64,000 nt of DNA from IMG/VR virus record IMGVR_UViG_3300025585_000037. One strand, given 5' to 3'. The position numbers and the translations under genes were made by a program. The stretch's first letter is position 1, and every line of letters starts with the position of its first letter. This stretch comes from a virus. The notes beneath the pieces were generated by a model. It did no database searches and had not been told where the DNA came from. It saw only the letters and a list, made by a program, of their open reading frames with translations. Positions 1 through 10,381 of this stretch are shown here, piece after piece.

Positions 1-114
1 AGATAAAATTAAGGAATTATTGTATGCAAAGGCGGCAGAAAGAATTGATGCTGCCAGACCAGAAGTTGCATCCATAATGTTTGATTCTCAGGATCAATAT
101 GGAGAAGATGAATA

Positions 115-645
115 ATGGCAATAAAAGTCGTTCAAAATGTAAATAAAATAACGGCAAATCCTGGAGTTGCTGGAACAAGTAATCCAATTTCTTTGAAAAG
201 TGGATATCTTAGAATTTCTATTGCATCTTCTGGTGTTGGTTGTTATGTGGCAATAGGAACAGAACCTGTTGCAACCTCAAATGATTTCCATATAGGTACA
301 TATACAGCTGAAGTTTTAAAAGAAAGACTTGCCAGACAAAAAATAGTTGGTGTTACTACAGGAACAACAACGACATTAATTTTTGATAATAATGCAGGCA
401 ATCCATTTTTAATTACAGATTATGTGTCAATTGAAGGTGCTCCAACTGTAGGAATTAATACTTCCCATAAATCAATTGTTTCAATGACTGATTCTTCAGT
501 CACAATCAATTTTAATAGTTCATCAATTTCTAATCCAAATATAACTGGTGCAGATTTAGTTAGAAGTGTAAAAGTCTCTGCTTTTACTACAGACACTAAT
601 TCTGGAGTCAGTGTTACAGAAGTTGTTTCTCTAGTCTCAGAATAA
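115..645 (+). CDS. Conserved cyanophage hypothetical, probable virion structural protein
   Basis: 176-aa beta-rich S/T/V ORF directly upstream of g21, the usual position in T4-like cyanophages. Confidence 0.55.
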   Translation: MAIKVVQNVNKITANPGVAGTSNPISLKSGYLRISIASSGVGCYVAIGTEPVATSNDFHIGTYTAEVLKERLARQKIVGVTTGTTTTLIFDNNAGNPFLITDYVSIEGAPTVGINTSHKSIVSMTDSSVTINFNSSSISNPNITGADLVRSVKVSAFTTDTNSGVSVTEVVSLVSE

Positions 646-646
646 A

Positions 647-1294
647 ATGAAACTCATCACAGAAGAAGCGCAAAAAGTAGAATTTCTTACCGAAGGTACA
701 GGTAAGGATAAAAAAATGTTTATTGAAGGAATTTTTCTTCAGGGTGACATCTGCAATCGTAATGGAAGAATGTACCCCATGTCAACTCTTTCTCGTGAAG
801 TAAAGCGATATAATGAGCAATTTATTCAAAAAGGGAGAGCACTTGGAGAATTAAACCATCCATCAGGTCCTACTGTAAATTTGGATAGAGTATCACATAA
901 AATTGTGGCACTTGAACAGTGTGGAACAAATTTTAAAGGTAAGGCACAATTACTCCAAACTCCAATGGGTAAAATTGCAGAATCTTTAATTAATTCCGGC
1001 GTAACTCTTGGGGTATCTTCTCGTGGAGTTGGTTCTCTTAGAGAAGACCGTAATGGTTATAAGGTTGTTGGTGAAGATTTCATGCTTGCCACCGCCGCAG
1101 ATATTGTTGCAGATCCTTCTGCTCCTGATGCTTTTGTTCAGGGAATCATGGAAGGAGTTGAGTGGATTTATGATGTTGCCAAAAATGAATGGTTAGTGGA
1201 AAGCACAAAAAATAAAGTAAATCGCCTAATTGAGTCCAGACAATACCAAGAAAGAAAACTTGAATTGTTTAATGAGTTTCTTTCAAATCTTTAA
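647..1294 (+). CDS. g21: Prohead core protease gp21
   Basis: MKLITE start, FIEGIFLQ, RNGRMYP, ALGELNHP (catalytic His), GVSSRGVGSL (catalytic Ser), DIVADPSAPDAFV. Confidence 0.96.
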   Translation: MKLITEEAQKVEFLTEGTGKDKKMFIEGIFLQGDICNRNGRMYPMSTLSREVKRYNEQFIQKGRALGELNHPSGPTVNLDRVSHKIVALEQCGTNFKGKAQLLQTPMGKIAESLINSGVTLGVSSRGVGSLREDRNGYKVVGEDFMLATAADIVADPSAPDAFVQGIMEGVEWIYDVAKNEWLVESTKNKVNRLIESRQYQERKLELFNEFLSNL

Positions 1295-1296
1295 AT

Positions 1297-1304
1297 TATA
1301 AATA
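1297..1304 (+). promoter_or_regulatory. T4-type late promoter TATAAATA for g22-g23
   Basis: Exact TATAAATA about 30 nt upstream of the g22 ATG. Confidence 0.8.
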
Positions 1305-1335
1305 AATATAGATTAAATACAAAGATCTAAAACAA

Positions 1336-2535
1336 ATGTCCGTTGGTAGAAATTTACAAGAAATGGAAAACGTAGTAACCAAAGGAGCTGCACCTGCTGA
1401 ACCAATGCACAGCATTGCCCAAAATCCTTCTGGAGTTATGATTCCAGGTCAGACTGGTGCTTGGGAAGATTTAGGTGGCCCTACTCCTCAAGATTATCGT
1501 CCAGACGATGCATCCGCCGCTCTTAAAACACCAGGAGCAACTCTTGCTCAAGTAAGAGATGTTGTTAATGCCAAAGCTTCTGCTGCCGAAGCACCTCATA
1601 CATCTGCGACTCCTGTTGCTCTTCCAGGTCAAGGTGTAAGAGAGGAGACAGAGGATGATGAAGATCTTGTAGATGAGGAAGAGTATGATGAAGATGATGA
1701 AGTAGTTTCCGAGGCTTCTGAAGAAGAGGAAGAAGAGGAGGAAGAGGAAGAAGAAGAGGAAGGCGGTAAGAAAAAATCCAAAAAGAAAAAAATGGAAGAA
1801 GAGTTTGACATCGACGAAGATGTTAATGCTCTTCTAGAAGGTGAAGATCTTTCCGAGGAATTCCAAGAAAAGGCCCGCACAATCTTTGAAGCGGCAATTA
1901 GATCTAAAGTTTATGAGATTAAAGAAAATCTTCAAGAGACCTATGAACAGGCACTCATTGAAGAGGTTGAGTTCATTAAAGAAGAACTCACCGAAAGACT
2001 TGATTCCTATCTTGAATATGTTGCCGATGAATGGATTCAAGAAAATGCTCTCGCAATTGAGCAAGGTCTCAAGAGCGAAATGACCGAATCATTCCTATAT
2101 GGAATGAGACAACTTTTTGAAGATCATTATGTTTCAATCCCTGAAGATAGATATGATGTGGTCGAGAGTATGGTAGATAAACTTGATGAAATGGAAGCAA
2201 AACTCAACGAGCAAATCGATAGAAATGTTGCTCTAAATAAAAGACTGGCAGAGTCGGTTGCCGATGTAATCTTTGCAGATGTCGCAGAGGGTCTTGCACT
2301 GACCCAAAAAGACAAACTTGCATCTCTTGCCGAAAGTGTTGAGTTTGATGGTGAAGCAAACTATCGTGAGAAACTAGTAACCCTGAGGGAATCATATTTC
2401 CCAACTAATACTGGTACTCAAAGAAATGACTCCGAATATCTTTCTGAAGCAATTACCTATCAAGAAGAAACTCAATCAGTTTCTCCAATGATGGAGGCAT
2501 ATCTTCAGACCCTAAGTAGAGTCGCCAAAAAGTGA
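1336..2535 (+). CDS. g22: Prohead core scaffold protein gp22
   Basis: Acidic coiled coil; FQEKARTIFEAA, YLEYVADEW..EN..AIE.GLKSE motifs; lies between g21 and g23; long poly-Glu tract. Confidence 0.93.
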   Translation: MSVGRNLQEMENVVTKGAAPAEPMHSIAQNPSGVMIPGQTGAWEDLGGPTPQDYRPDDASAALKTPGATLAQVRDVVNAKASAAEAPHTSATPVALPGQGVREETEDDEDLVDEEEYDEDDEVVSEASEEEEEEEEEEEEEEGGKKKSKKKKMEEEFDIDEDVNALLEGEDLSEEFQEKARTIFEAAIRSKVYEIKENLQETYEQALIEEVEFIKEELTERLDSYLEYVADEWIQENALAIEQGLKSEMTESFLYGMRQLFEDHYVSIPEDRYDVVESMVDKLDEMEAKLNEQIDRNVALNKRLAESVADVIFADVAEGLALTQKDKLASLAESVEFDGEANYREKLVTLRESYFPTNTGTQRNDSEYLSEAITYQEETQSVSPMMEAYLQTLSRVAKK

Positions 2536-2581
2536 TTTTTACATGATCAATCAAACTAAAACTTTTTAAAGGTAAAAGAAA

Positions 2582-3994
2582 ATGCAAATGTACAATGCAG
2601 AATATCTGCAAGAAAAATGGTCTCCCATCCTTGATTATCAAGGAATGGATCAAATCAAAGACTCACATCGTAGAGCCGTAACCGCTATTCTACTCGAAAA
2701 CCAAGAAAGAGAACTCCGCGAAGAGCGTTCTTTCCTTTCCGAGTCACCCACTCAATCTTTCGCTGGTGCTGGTCTTCAAGGCGGTTACACTGGTAGTGCC
2801 GCTAGTGGTACTGGCACTCCTGTTGCAGGTTTCGATCCCGTACTGATCTCACTGATCCGTCGTTCGATGCCTAATCTCATCGCCTATGATCTCTGTGGTG
2901 TTCAACCAATGAACGGCCCCACTGGTCTAATCTTTGCGATGCGTTCACGCTACAACAGCATGAGCGGCACCGAGACCTTCTACAACGAAGTAGATTCAAC
3001 CTTCTCTGGTCAGAACAAGGGTCGTAGTCTCACCAATGGTTTCATTGATGCAACTGTTGGTCTTGGTACTACTGCTGTTCAAACAGGTAGCAATCCTTCA
3101 ATTCTTGATTCCACCACTGCTAACCAACTCGCCTATAATACTGGCGAAGGTATGTCAACTGGTGAATCTGAAGCACTCGGTGATGGTGGCACTAGCACCT
3201 ACTTCAACGAGATGGCTTTCTCAATCGAGAAACTCACCGTTACCGCGAAGTCAAGAGCACTCAAGGCTGAGTATTCACTCGAACTTGCACAAGACCTGAA
3301 GGTAATTCATGGTCTAAATGCCGAGGCAGAACTCGCTAACATTCTTAGCACCGAGATTCTTGCCGAAATCAACAGAGAAATCATCCGTACCATCTATAAG
3401 GTTGCAGTTCCTGGTGCTCAGGTTAATACCGCTACCGCTGGTACTTTTGACCTCGATGTTGACTCCAACGGTCGTTGGTCAGTTGAGAAGTTCAAGGGTC
3501 TTATCTTCCAAATCGAGCGCGATGCCAACGCTATCGCACAGCAAACTCGTAGAGGAAAGGGTAACATGATCCTCTGCTCTGCTGATGTTGCTTCTGCACT
3601 CACCATGGCAGGTGTTCTTGATTACACCCCCGCACTCAACGCTAATCTTCAGGTTGATGACACTGGTAACACCTTTGCTGGTGTTCTTCAAGGTAAGTAT
3701 CGTGTTTATATCGATCCTTATTCTGCTAATGTTGCCGCTAACCAGTTCTATGTTGTAGGTTATAAGGGCGCATCTCCTTATGATGCAGGTCTCTTCTACT
3801 GTCCTTATGTTCCTCTCCAAATGGTTCGTGCCGTTGGTGAGAACACCTTCCAACCAAAAATTGGATTTAAGACTCGTTATGGAATCGTCGCCAATCCCTT
3901 CGCCAAGGGCGCAACCGCCGCTTCCGCTCCTGATAACATTGCTACTAACTCTAATGTGTACTACAGAAGAGTCAAAGTATCAAATCTCATGTGA
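2582..3994 (+). CDS. g23: Major capsid protein gp23
   Basis: LISLIRRSMPNLIAYDLCGVQPM.GPTGLIFAMR, KSRALKAEYSLELAQDLK..HG, YCPYVPLQM, FQPKIGFKTRYG. Confidence 0.99.
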   Translation: MQMYNAEYLQEKWSPILDYQGMDQIKDSHRRAVTAILLENQERELREERSFLSESPTQSFAGAGLQGGYTGSAASGTGTPVAGFDPVLISLIRRSMPNLIAYDLCGVQPMNGPTGLIFAMRSRYNSMSGTETFYNEVDSTFSGQNKGRSLTNGFIDATVGLGTTAVQTGSNPSILDSTTANQLAYNTGEGMSTGESEALGDGGTSTYFNEMAFSIEKLTVTAKSRALKAEYSLELAQDLKVIHGLNAEAELANILSTEILAEINREIIRTIYKVAVPGAQVNTATAGTFDLDVDSNGRWSVEKFKGLIFQIERDANAIAQQTRRGKGNMILCSADVASALTMAGVLDYTPALNANLQVDDTGNTFAGVLQGKYRVYIDPYSANVAANQFYVVGYKGASPYDAGLFYCPYVPLQMVRAVGENTFQPKIGFKTRYGIVANPFAKGATAASAPDNIATNSNVYYRRVKVSNLM

Positions 3995-4019
3995 GTCTCA
4001 TTACGAGAATTAACATTCG

Positions 4020-4045
4020 GAGGGGAGAAATCCCCTCTTTTTTTA
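4020..4045 (+). terminator. Intrinsic terminator after g23
   Basis: gaggggagaaatcccctc hairpin followed by a T run. Confidence 0.8.
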
Positions 4046-5551
4046 TGTCAATCCAAAACAAATTGTACCACAATCATAAATTTTATTATATCCCATTTCT
4101 CTTGCTTTTTCATATTCAGTACAGTCATAAGCACCAATAAGTTTTTTTTGAAACATCATGCGATTATATCGTTTTAGACAATTCTTATCCACATAAAAAT
4201 AAGATGGTGCATTTTCTCGGATCATTTCAAATCCATTTTTATAATATACATCGCCATTTGAATATCTTCTATCTGCATAAGAAACAATATTACCGCTGTA
4301 TTCAGATCTAAACCATTTTAAAAGTCTACTAAATCCCCCCACAACATTTACTCCTTGTTTATTTGCAAATCTAGATAATTCCCATTCATAATCAGAATTA
4401 AATCTAGATTTACAGAATGTCATTGTACAAACTAAATTATCATTATACATTAATCCTAATTTAATTTTACTTTTGTCTTCGCCTTGAATATGATTCTCAT
4501 TAAGAAAAATATTTTTATCATGAGTATCCAAAATTATTTTCTTACAATTACGAGCATAAATTTTGGAGTTTTCTTTAAGTTTACTGGATATAATAGATTT
4601 TACAATTTCTCTTTTTAATAACCATTCATCACTGTAGAATTGAAGTAATTGAATATTTTTCTTCTGACACTCTAAAGTTTTATTTAAATGATAAGATTTT
4701 CCTTTAATCAATGATTCGGTATTTTCATGTGGTCGATAGTAATGAGAGTATAAACCATTGTATTCAATTGCAAGATTTTTTTCTGGTAAGTAGATATCAA
4801 GTTCTTTTCCATTTAAAATAGAACGATTCGATTGTATAATTTCACCCGAATAAATCGATCGAACATAATCATACAGATCATTTTCTTCTTTACTGATTCT
4901 TATGATCTTACGGTCATATAAATTAGAATCCCTTGTTTCAATGTTATGAATTTTTAACCATCTTGAAATAGTCGCTTTACTACTACTTAATTGATTTGCA
5001 ATTTCATCGCAAGTGAGACCTTGATCATAAAGTTTTTGTAGACTTTCTTTATCTTTTAAAATTTGAGTCGAATATGAATTTCTTTGTCTACCATCGAATA
5101 AATCATCAATTTTATGTTTCTTTAAATATTTTACAACAGGAATGGTGGATATATTTAATTCTTGAGCAATCAATTCAATTGATTTTTGTTGAGTAATTCT
5201 TTGATCATAAATCCAATCATAATTTTCCAATTGGTTTTTAGACTCTTCTGAAATTGTTTTATTTTTTCGTGAACAATTCGAATTAGCATAGAATCTAAAT
5301 CCTTTTTCTGTATAGGTCTTATCAATCGCACATACATTACCACATCCACATTTACATTTTGGAAGAGAATTTTCTGTAATTTGATTTATGATCACATATG
5401 CACGAGTACGCAAAGGAATTGAATCATAATAAGAATTCATAAACAGAGTCTCATTCTCAATCTGAGAACGAATACTTTCATTTAGAGATAATTTCATAAA
5501 AGAAGACTTATCCCAATTATTTTTAATATATTCGATGAGACTCATATTCAT
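4043..5551 (-). mobile_element. Free-standing putative homing endonuclease (Hef-like, PD-(D/E)xK/Vsr-type) with HTH repeats
   Basis: ELDIYLPEKNLAIEYNGLYSH nuclease motif, CKCGCGNVC Zn-like motif, IAQELNIS/IANQLSSS HTH segments, C-terminal YADRRYSNG.VY...GF; antisense to its neighbours. Confidence 0.7.
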
Positions 5552-5568
5552 AAATAAAAATAAAAAGA

Positions 5569-5739
5569 ATGAAATCGTTTCAACAGTTTCAAGAAGATCT
5601 TTCTAAGAGTGTAATTCCTCTAGATACAGTAACACAAAATAATTTAAATAGAGCAAGAAGAGGGCAGATCGGTCCTGGATCAAAACCAATTCAACATAGA
5701 CCGTTTAGATTAGAACCAGTCAATATTCCTTTAAAATAA
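5569..5739 (+). CDS. 56-aa late protein with a capsid-targeting-like N-terminus (not in ORF track)
   Basis: Hand translation MKSFQQFQEDLSKSVIPL...EPVNIPLK*; CATAAATA just upstream; stop abuts the g3 ATG. Confidence 0.65.
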   Translation: MKSFQQFQEDLSKSVIPLDTVTQNNLNRARRGQIGPGSKPIQHRPFRLEPVNIPLK

Positions 5740-6291
5740 ATGCCAAAACCTTGTGCTGATCAAATTTCCAATAGAAATTTCCTTTCACCAGTAGGATTTA
5801 AATTTACAATAGCAAAAAATTCCAAGGTTACATTTTTTTGTAACACTGCGAAGATTCCTAGAATTACTCTTGGAACAGAAACATTTTCAAATTATTTAAA
5901 GGATCTTGATATTCCTGGTGATAAGATCTCATATGAAGATTTAACTATTAAATTTATAGTTGATGAAGATCTTGAAAATTATATGGTAGTTCATAACTGG
6001 ATTACAGGACTTGGATTTCCAGAAAGTGCTCAACAATATAAAAGTTTAACCACGAATGAGGATGGAACACGAGATCCCAACGAGGCATACAGCGATGGAT
6101 CTTTATATGTACTGAACAGTAATTTCAATACAAATTTTATTGTAAAGTTTAAAGATCTTTATCCAATTGATTTGACACCTTTAGAATTTGATTCAACAGC
6201 AACGGATATTCAGTACTTTACAGCAGGGGTCACATTCAAGTATACTATCTACAGTATTTTAGATAAAAACAACAAACCTTATGGATCTTGA
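5740..6291 (+). CDS. g3: Tail completion / sheath stabiliser gp3
   Basis: NRNFLSPVGFKF, PGDKISYEDLTIKFIVDEDLENY; gp19-like fold; position before uvsY. Confidence 0.85.
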   Translation: MPKPCADQISNRNFLSPVGFKFTIAKNSKVTFFCNTAKIPRITLGTETFSNYLKDLDIPGDKISYEDLTIKFIVDEDLENYMVVHNWITGLGFPESAQQYKSLTTNEDGTRDPNEAYSDGSLYVLNSNFNTNFIVKFKDLYPIDLTPLEFDSTATDIQYFTAGVTFKYTIYSILDKNNKPYGS

Positions 6292-6709
6292 AAAAATCCA
6301 GGAACTATGGAAAGAAGACTCAATCATAGATCCTGATGACCTTCATAATGAATCATTAAAAATCCCTGTACTACACTCCAAGTATTATACCATATACAAC
6401 ACAATTATGCTACTTCGAGAAAAGGCACATGAAACCTATCGAAGAGTTAAACTGGAACGCCATAATTACTACTCAGGAAAGGCGTCAGCAGAGGTTTATG
6501 TTGAAGAACCATTCCCATACAAACTTCGAGACAAAGACACCTTACAGAGGCATATGGACGCCGATGAGAGATTGAATAAAATTGAAATGAAACTCAAATA
6601 TTATGATGTAACTCTAAGATTTCTTGAGGAGATTATTAAATGCATTTCAAATCGAACTTTTCAAATTAAGAATAGCATCGATTATCAAAAATTTGTGAAT
6701 GGTTTATGA
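6281..6709 (+). CDS. uvsY: Recombination mediator UvsY
   Basis: LHNESLKIPVLHSKY, YYSGKA, ISNRTFQIKNSI. Confidence 0.92.
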   Translation: MDLEKIQELWKEDSIIDPDDLHNESLKIPVLHSKYYTIYNTIMLLREKAHETYRRVKLERHNYYSGKASAEVYVEEPFPYKLRDKDTLQRHMDADERLNKIEMKLKYYDVTLRFLEEIIKCISNRTFQIKNSIDYQKFVNGL

Positions 6710-6713
6710 GTAT

Positions 6714-6737
6714 AGAGGTCTATATGACCTCTTTTTT
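6714..6737 (+). terminator. Intrinsic terminator after uvsY
   Basis: agaggtc-tatat-gacctct followed by a T run. Confidence 0.7.
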
Positions 6738-6773
6738 AATGCCAATAAATATTTTTAACCGAATCTGTTATGA

Positions 6774-8237
6774 ATGTCTCACTTGATCATTTCAAAAAAG
6801 AATGAAGTCTATCTGCAAATTCAGGCAGAACCTCATATTTACTATGAACTTAGAGATGCCTTTCAATTTGAAGTCCCCAATGCAAAATATTCACCCGCAT
6901 ACAGAAACAAATGGTGGGATGGAAGAATTTATTTGTTCAATGTAAATACCAGAGAGATTTATATTGGACTTCTAGATCGAATCATTCAGTTTTGTGATGA
7001 TCATAACTATACATATGAATTCAAACAAAATAAGTATTATGGTCTTCCTTTTGAGATTAATGAAAATATTTCAAAGGAAGGAGTTCAAGATTACATAAAA
7101 TCAATTACTCATTATACTCCAAGAGATTATCAAATAGATGCCGTCTATCAGGCACTGAAGTATAATCGAAAAGTTATTCTTTCACCTACATCATCAGGTA
7201 AGAGTCTTCAAATTTATTCTTTGGTAAGATATTATACTCATAAAAATCTAAAGACTCTAATCATTACACCAAGAACATCTCTGGTTACACAACTCTATAA
7301 AGATTTTATTGATTATGGATGGGGTGCAGAAAATCACTGTCATCTTATCATGTCGGGAACCGAAAAAATGAGTGATAAATCTGTTTATATTTCAACATGG
7401 CAATCTGTATATCAAATGCAGAAATCATATTTTCAAAAATTTGATTGTGTCATTGTGGATGAATGTCATGAGGCAAAATCTAAGTCCTTAGTTGGAATCA
7501 TGACAAAACTCTGTGATGCAAAATATCGTTTTGGATTCACGGGTACTCTTGATGGTATTGAGGTGAATAAATTAGTACTAGAAGGTTTATTTGGTACTTC
7601 ATATCAAACAATTCGTACAGATGAATTGATGAAGAAAGGTCATATTGCAACTCTTGATATTAATGTTCTTCTTTTAAAACATTCACCACATCAATTTGAA
7701 AATTATGAGGAAGAGATTCAATATTTGATCTCACATGAACAAAGAAATAATTTTATCAAGAATCTTGCATTAGATATTAAAGGAAATTCATTAATTCTTT
7801 TTTCTAGAGTAGAAACTCATGGTCAACCTCTTTACGATCTCATAAATACTCATAAGACCGATAATCGTCATGTCTTTTTTGTTCATGGTGGTGTTGATAC
7901 AGAAGATAGAGAAAGAGTGAGAGAGATTACTGAAAAAGAGAATAATGCCATTATTGTTGCATCTTATGGAACTTTTTCAACTGGAATTAATATTAAAAAT
8001 CTCCATAATGTAATCTTTGCATCTCCTTCAAAATCAAGAGTTCGTAATCTTCAATCTATTGGAAGAGGTCTTCGAAAAAGTAATACAAAGAACAAAGCAG
8101 TTCTTTATGACATTGCAGATGATATAACCTTTAAGTCAAAAAGAAATTATACTCTGAATCATCTTATGGAAAGAATTCGTATCTATAATGAAGAAAACTT
8201 TAATTATGATATTATTAATATACAGTTGAAGAATTAA
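6774..8237 (+). CDS. uvsW: UvsW SF2 RNA-DNA/DNA helicase
   Basis: SPTSSGKS (Walker A), VDECH, GFTGT, QSIGRGLR. Confidence 0.95.
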   Translation: MSHLIISKKNEVYLQIQAEPHIYYELRDAFQFEVPNAKYSPAYRNKWWDGRIYLFNVNTREIYIGLLDRIIQFCDDHNYTYEFKQNKYYGLPFEINENISKEGVQDYIKSITHYTPRDYQIDAVYQALKYNRKVILSPTSSGKSLQIYSLVRYYTHKNLKTLIITPRTSLVTQLYKDFIDYGWGAENHCHLIMSGTEKMSDKSVYISTWQSVYQMQKSYFQKFDCVIVDECHEAKSKSLVGIMTKLCDAKYRFGFTGTLDGIEVNKLVLEGLFGTSYQTIRTDELMKKGHIATLDINVLLLKHSPHQFENYEEEIQYLISHEQRNNFIKNLALDIKGNSLILFSRVETHGQPLYDLINTHKTDNRHVFFVHGGVDTEDRERVREITEKENNAIIVASYGTFSTGINIKNLHNVIFASPSKSRVRNLQSIGRGLRKSNTKNKAVLYDIADDITFKSKRNYTLNHLMERIRIYNEENFNYDIINIQLKN

Positions 8238-8638
8238 TGGAACAAGAAGAATTTTATTGTATTTTAAAATTAGTCTCTGGTGAAGAGATCTTTTCTTTGA
8301 TTATGACTGATGAGAATGATGGTGATCCTGTAATTGTTTTACAAAATCCTGTTGTTATGAAAACTTCTCATAATAATAAAGGATCTTATCTTAAAATAAA
8401 ACCTTGGATAGAGATGTCTTCAGATGATTTCTTTATCATTAAATTAGATAAAGTTATTACCATGACTGAATCTCATGATAAAAGACTTATTGAGATTTAT
8501 AATTCTTATATTACAGATGATAGTTCAATGACCTTTTCTTCTTCTGATGGTCAAATCAAACTTTCTTCTAAGATGGGTTATTTATCTTCTGTTGATGATG
8601 CTCGTAATAATCTCGAAAAGATCTTTAAGAACCTCTAA
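8237..8638 (+). CDS. Conserved cyanophage hypothetical (Sm-like fold suspected)
   Basis: LKLVSGEEIFS N-terminus; usual position between uvsW and g55. Confidence 0.6.
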   Translation: MEQEEFYCILKLVSGEEIFSLIMTDENDGDPVIVLQNPVVMKTSHNNKGSYLKIKPWIEMSSDDFFIIKLDKVITMTESHDKRLIEIYNSYITDDSSMTFSSSDGQIKLSSKMGYLSSVDDARNNLEKIFKNL

Positions 8639-8686
8639 AGAACTTTAATTAATAGCTAAAATGTGTTTATCTTCTCTGACAAAGAT

Positions 8687-8737
8687 ATTCTAAAGGGATT
8701 TGAGAGTCTTGTCAAGCCCCCTTAAATGTGTTATGAT
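8687..8737. promoter_or_regulatory. Back-to-back sigma70-type promoters sharing the -35 region
   Basis: Plus: TTGTCA(8709-14)-17-TATGAT(8732-37) with TG extension. Minus: TTGACA(8715-10)-17-TAGAAT(8692-87). Confidence 0.7.
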
Positions 8738-8775
8738 ATGAACAACGAAAAACAACTCATAACAAAGATAAAGTA

Positions 8776-9294
8776 ATGCCAAGAAGAAATACAGAACACT
8801 ATGTTAATAACAAAGAGTTTTTACAGGCACTTATGGTGCATAAAAAACAGGTGAATAGTTCAAAGGAACTTTATTATGAAAAGTATGGAAGATATCCTCC
8901 AAAGAATACTCATTGGGAAGGTAAACCAAGAATACCAAATTACATTGGAGAGTGTTTTTTAAAGATTGCAACTCATGTATCATATAAACCAAACTTTGTA
9001 AATTATATGTTCAGGGATGATATGATCTCTGATGGTATTGAAAATTCTGTGCAGTACATTGATAATTTTGATCCAGAGAAATCAGAAAACCCCTTTGCCT
9101 ATTTCACTCAGATTATCATTTATGCCTTTCTAAGAAGAATTCAAAGAGAAAAAAGACAACTCGATATTAAGACTAAAATTATTGAAAAAACAGGATTTGA
9201 TGAAGTGATGATGGTTGATGACAGTCTTCTTATGGGAGATAGAAGTGAATACAACAGCATTAAAGATGCTATTCAATATCGTGGTAACAAATAA
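8776..9294 (+). CDS. g55: Late transcription sigma factor gp55
   Basis: HYVNNKEFL, YIGECFLKIA..SYKPNF.NYMFRDDMISDGIEN, NPFAYFTQI. Confidence 0.96.
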   Translation: MPRRNTEHYVNNKEFLQALMVHKKQVNSSKELYYEKYGRYPPKNTHWEGKPRIPNYIGECFLKIATHVSYKPNFVNYMFRDDMISDGIENSVQYIDNFDPEKSENPFAYFTQIIIYAFLRRIQREKRQLDIKTKIIEKTGFDEVMMVDDSLLMGDRSEYNSIKDAIQYRGNK

Positions 9295-9343
9295 TCTTTT
9301 AAATTATGAAAACTGCAAAAGAAAATAGTAAGAGGCAACAAAA

Positions 9344-10381
9344 GTGAAGGTGGGCTTAATCACGGACAGCCACTATGGTGCAAAAAAAGGATCAAAACAT
9401 CTTCATGATTATTTTGAACTCTTTTATAAGAATGTCTTTTTTCCTTCTCTTGAAGAACATGGTGTAAAAACCATCATTCATATGGGGGATGCCTTTGATA
9501 GTCGTAAATCAATTGATTATCAAAGTCTTGAATGGTCAAAGAGAGTGGTATTTGATCCTCTGAAAAAGTATGATGTTCATATGATCATAGGAAATCACGA
9601 TACATACTACAAAACGACAAATAGTGTAAATTCACCGAGTCTTCTTCTTCAAACTTATTCGAATATTAAGACTTACAGTGAAGCGGAAGAAGTTACAATT
9701 GGCGGACTTAAGACTTTGTTTGTTCCTTGGATTAATCCAGAAAATCAAGAACAAACATTAAAAACAATTCAAAAATCAAAAGCAAAAGTTGCATTCGGTC
9801 ATCTGGAACTTCAGGGTTTTCGTGTGAATCGAAATATGATTATGGAGGAACATGGACTGGACTCGAATATTTTTAAAAACTTCACAAAGGTATTTTCTGG
9901 TCATTTTCACACTCGTTCTGATAATGGACGCATTTTCTATCTTGGTAATCCTTATGAAATGTATTGGACGGATGTAAATGATACTCGTGGATTTCATATC
10001 TTTGATACGGAAACACTTGAACATACTCCAATTAATAATCCTTATAAATTATTCTATAACATCTACTATGAGGATACTCCATATCAAATTTTTGATGCCA
10101 CAGAATATGAAAACAAAATTGTCAAGGTGATTGTTCGTAAAAAAACAAGACCCCAAGATTTTGAAAAGTTTGTGGATAAACTTTATAAAGTAGGAGTCTA
10201 TGAATTAAAAATTGTTGAGAATTTTGAGATTCAAAATCAAGAAGACTTTGAGATTAGTGAAGATGAAAATACACTTACTCTGTTGAATCGATATATTGAT
10301 GACTCCGAGATTCAAATCAATAAAAATATCATCAAAGAAATTTTTGAGGAACTTTACAAAGAATCTTGCGAGGTTGAATAA
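9344..10381 (+). CDS. g47: Recombination endonuclease subunit gp47 (Mre11/SbcD-like)
   Basis: TDSHYG, MGDAFD, GNHD, SGHFH metallophosphoesterase motifs; GTG start. Confidence 0.95.
   Translation: MKVGLITDSHYGAKKGSKHLHDYFELFYKNVFFPSLEEHGVKTIIHMGDAFDSRKSIDYQSLEWSKRVVFDPLKKYDVHMIIGNHDTYYKTTNSVNSPSLLLQTYSNIKTYSEAEEVTIGGLKTLFVPWINPENQEQTLKTIQKSKAKVAFGHLELQGFRVNRNMIMEEHGLDSNIFKNFTKVFSGHFHTRSDNGRIFYLGNPYEMYWTDVNDTRGFHIFDTETLEHTPINNPYKLFYNIYYEDTPYQIFDATEYENKIVKVIVRKKTRPQDFEKFVDKLYKVGVYELKIVENFEIQNQEDFEISEDENTLTLLNRYIDDSEIQINKNIIKEIFEELYKESCEVE

Noticed and set aside
1629-2653. Minus-strand and alternate-frame ORFs over g22 (e.g. the poly-Ser 83-aa ORF)
   Set aside because: Shadows of the poly-Glu and coiled-coil coding sequence; no SD or promoter. 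The same applies to most short nested ORFs in the track.
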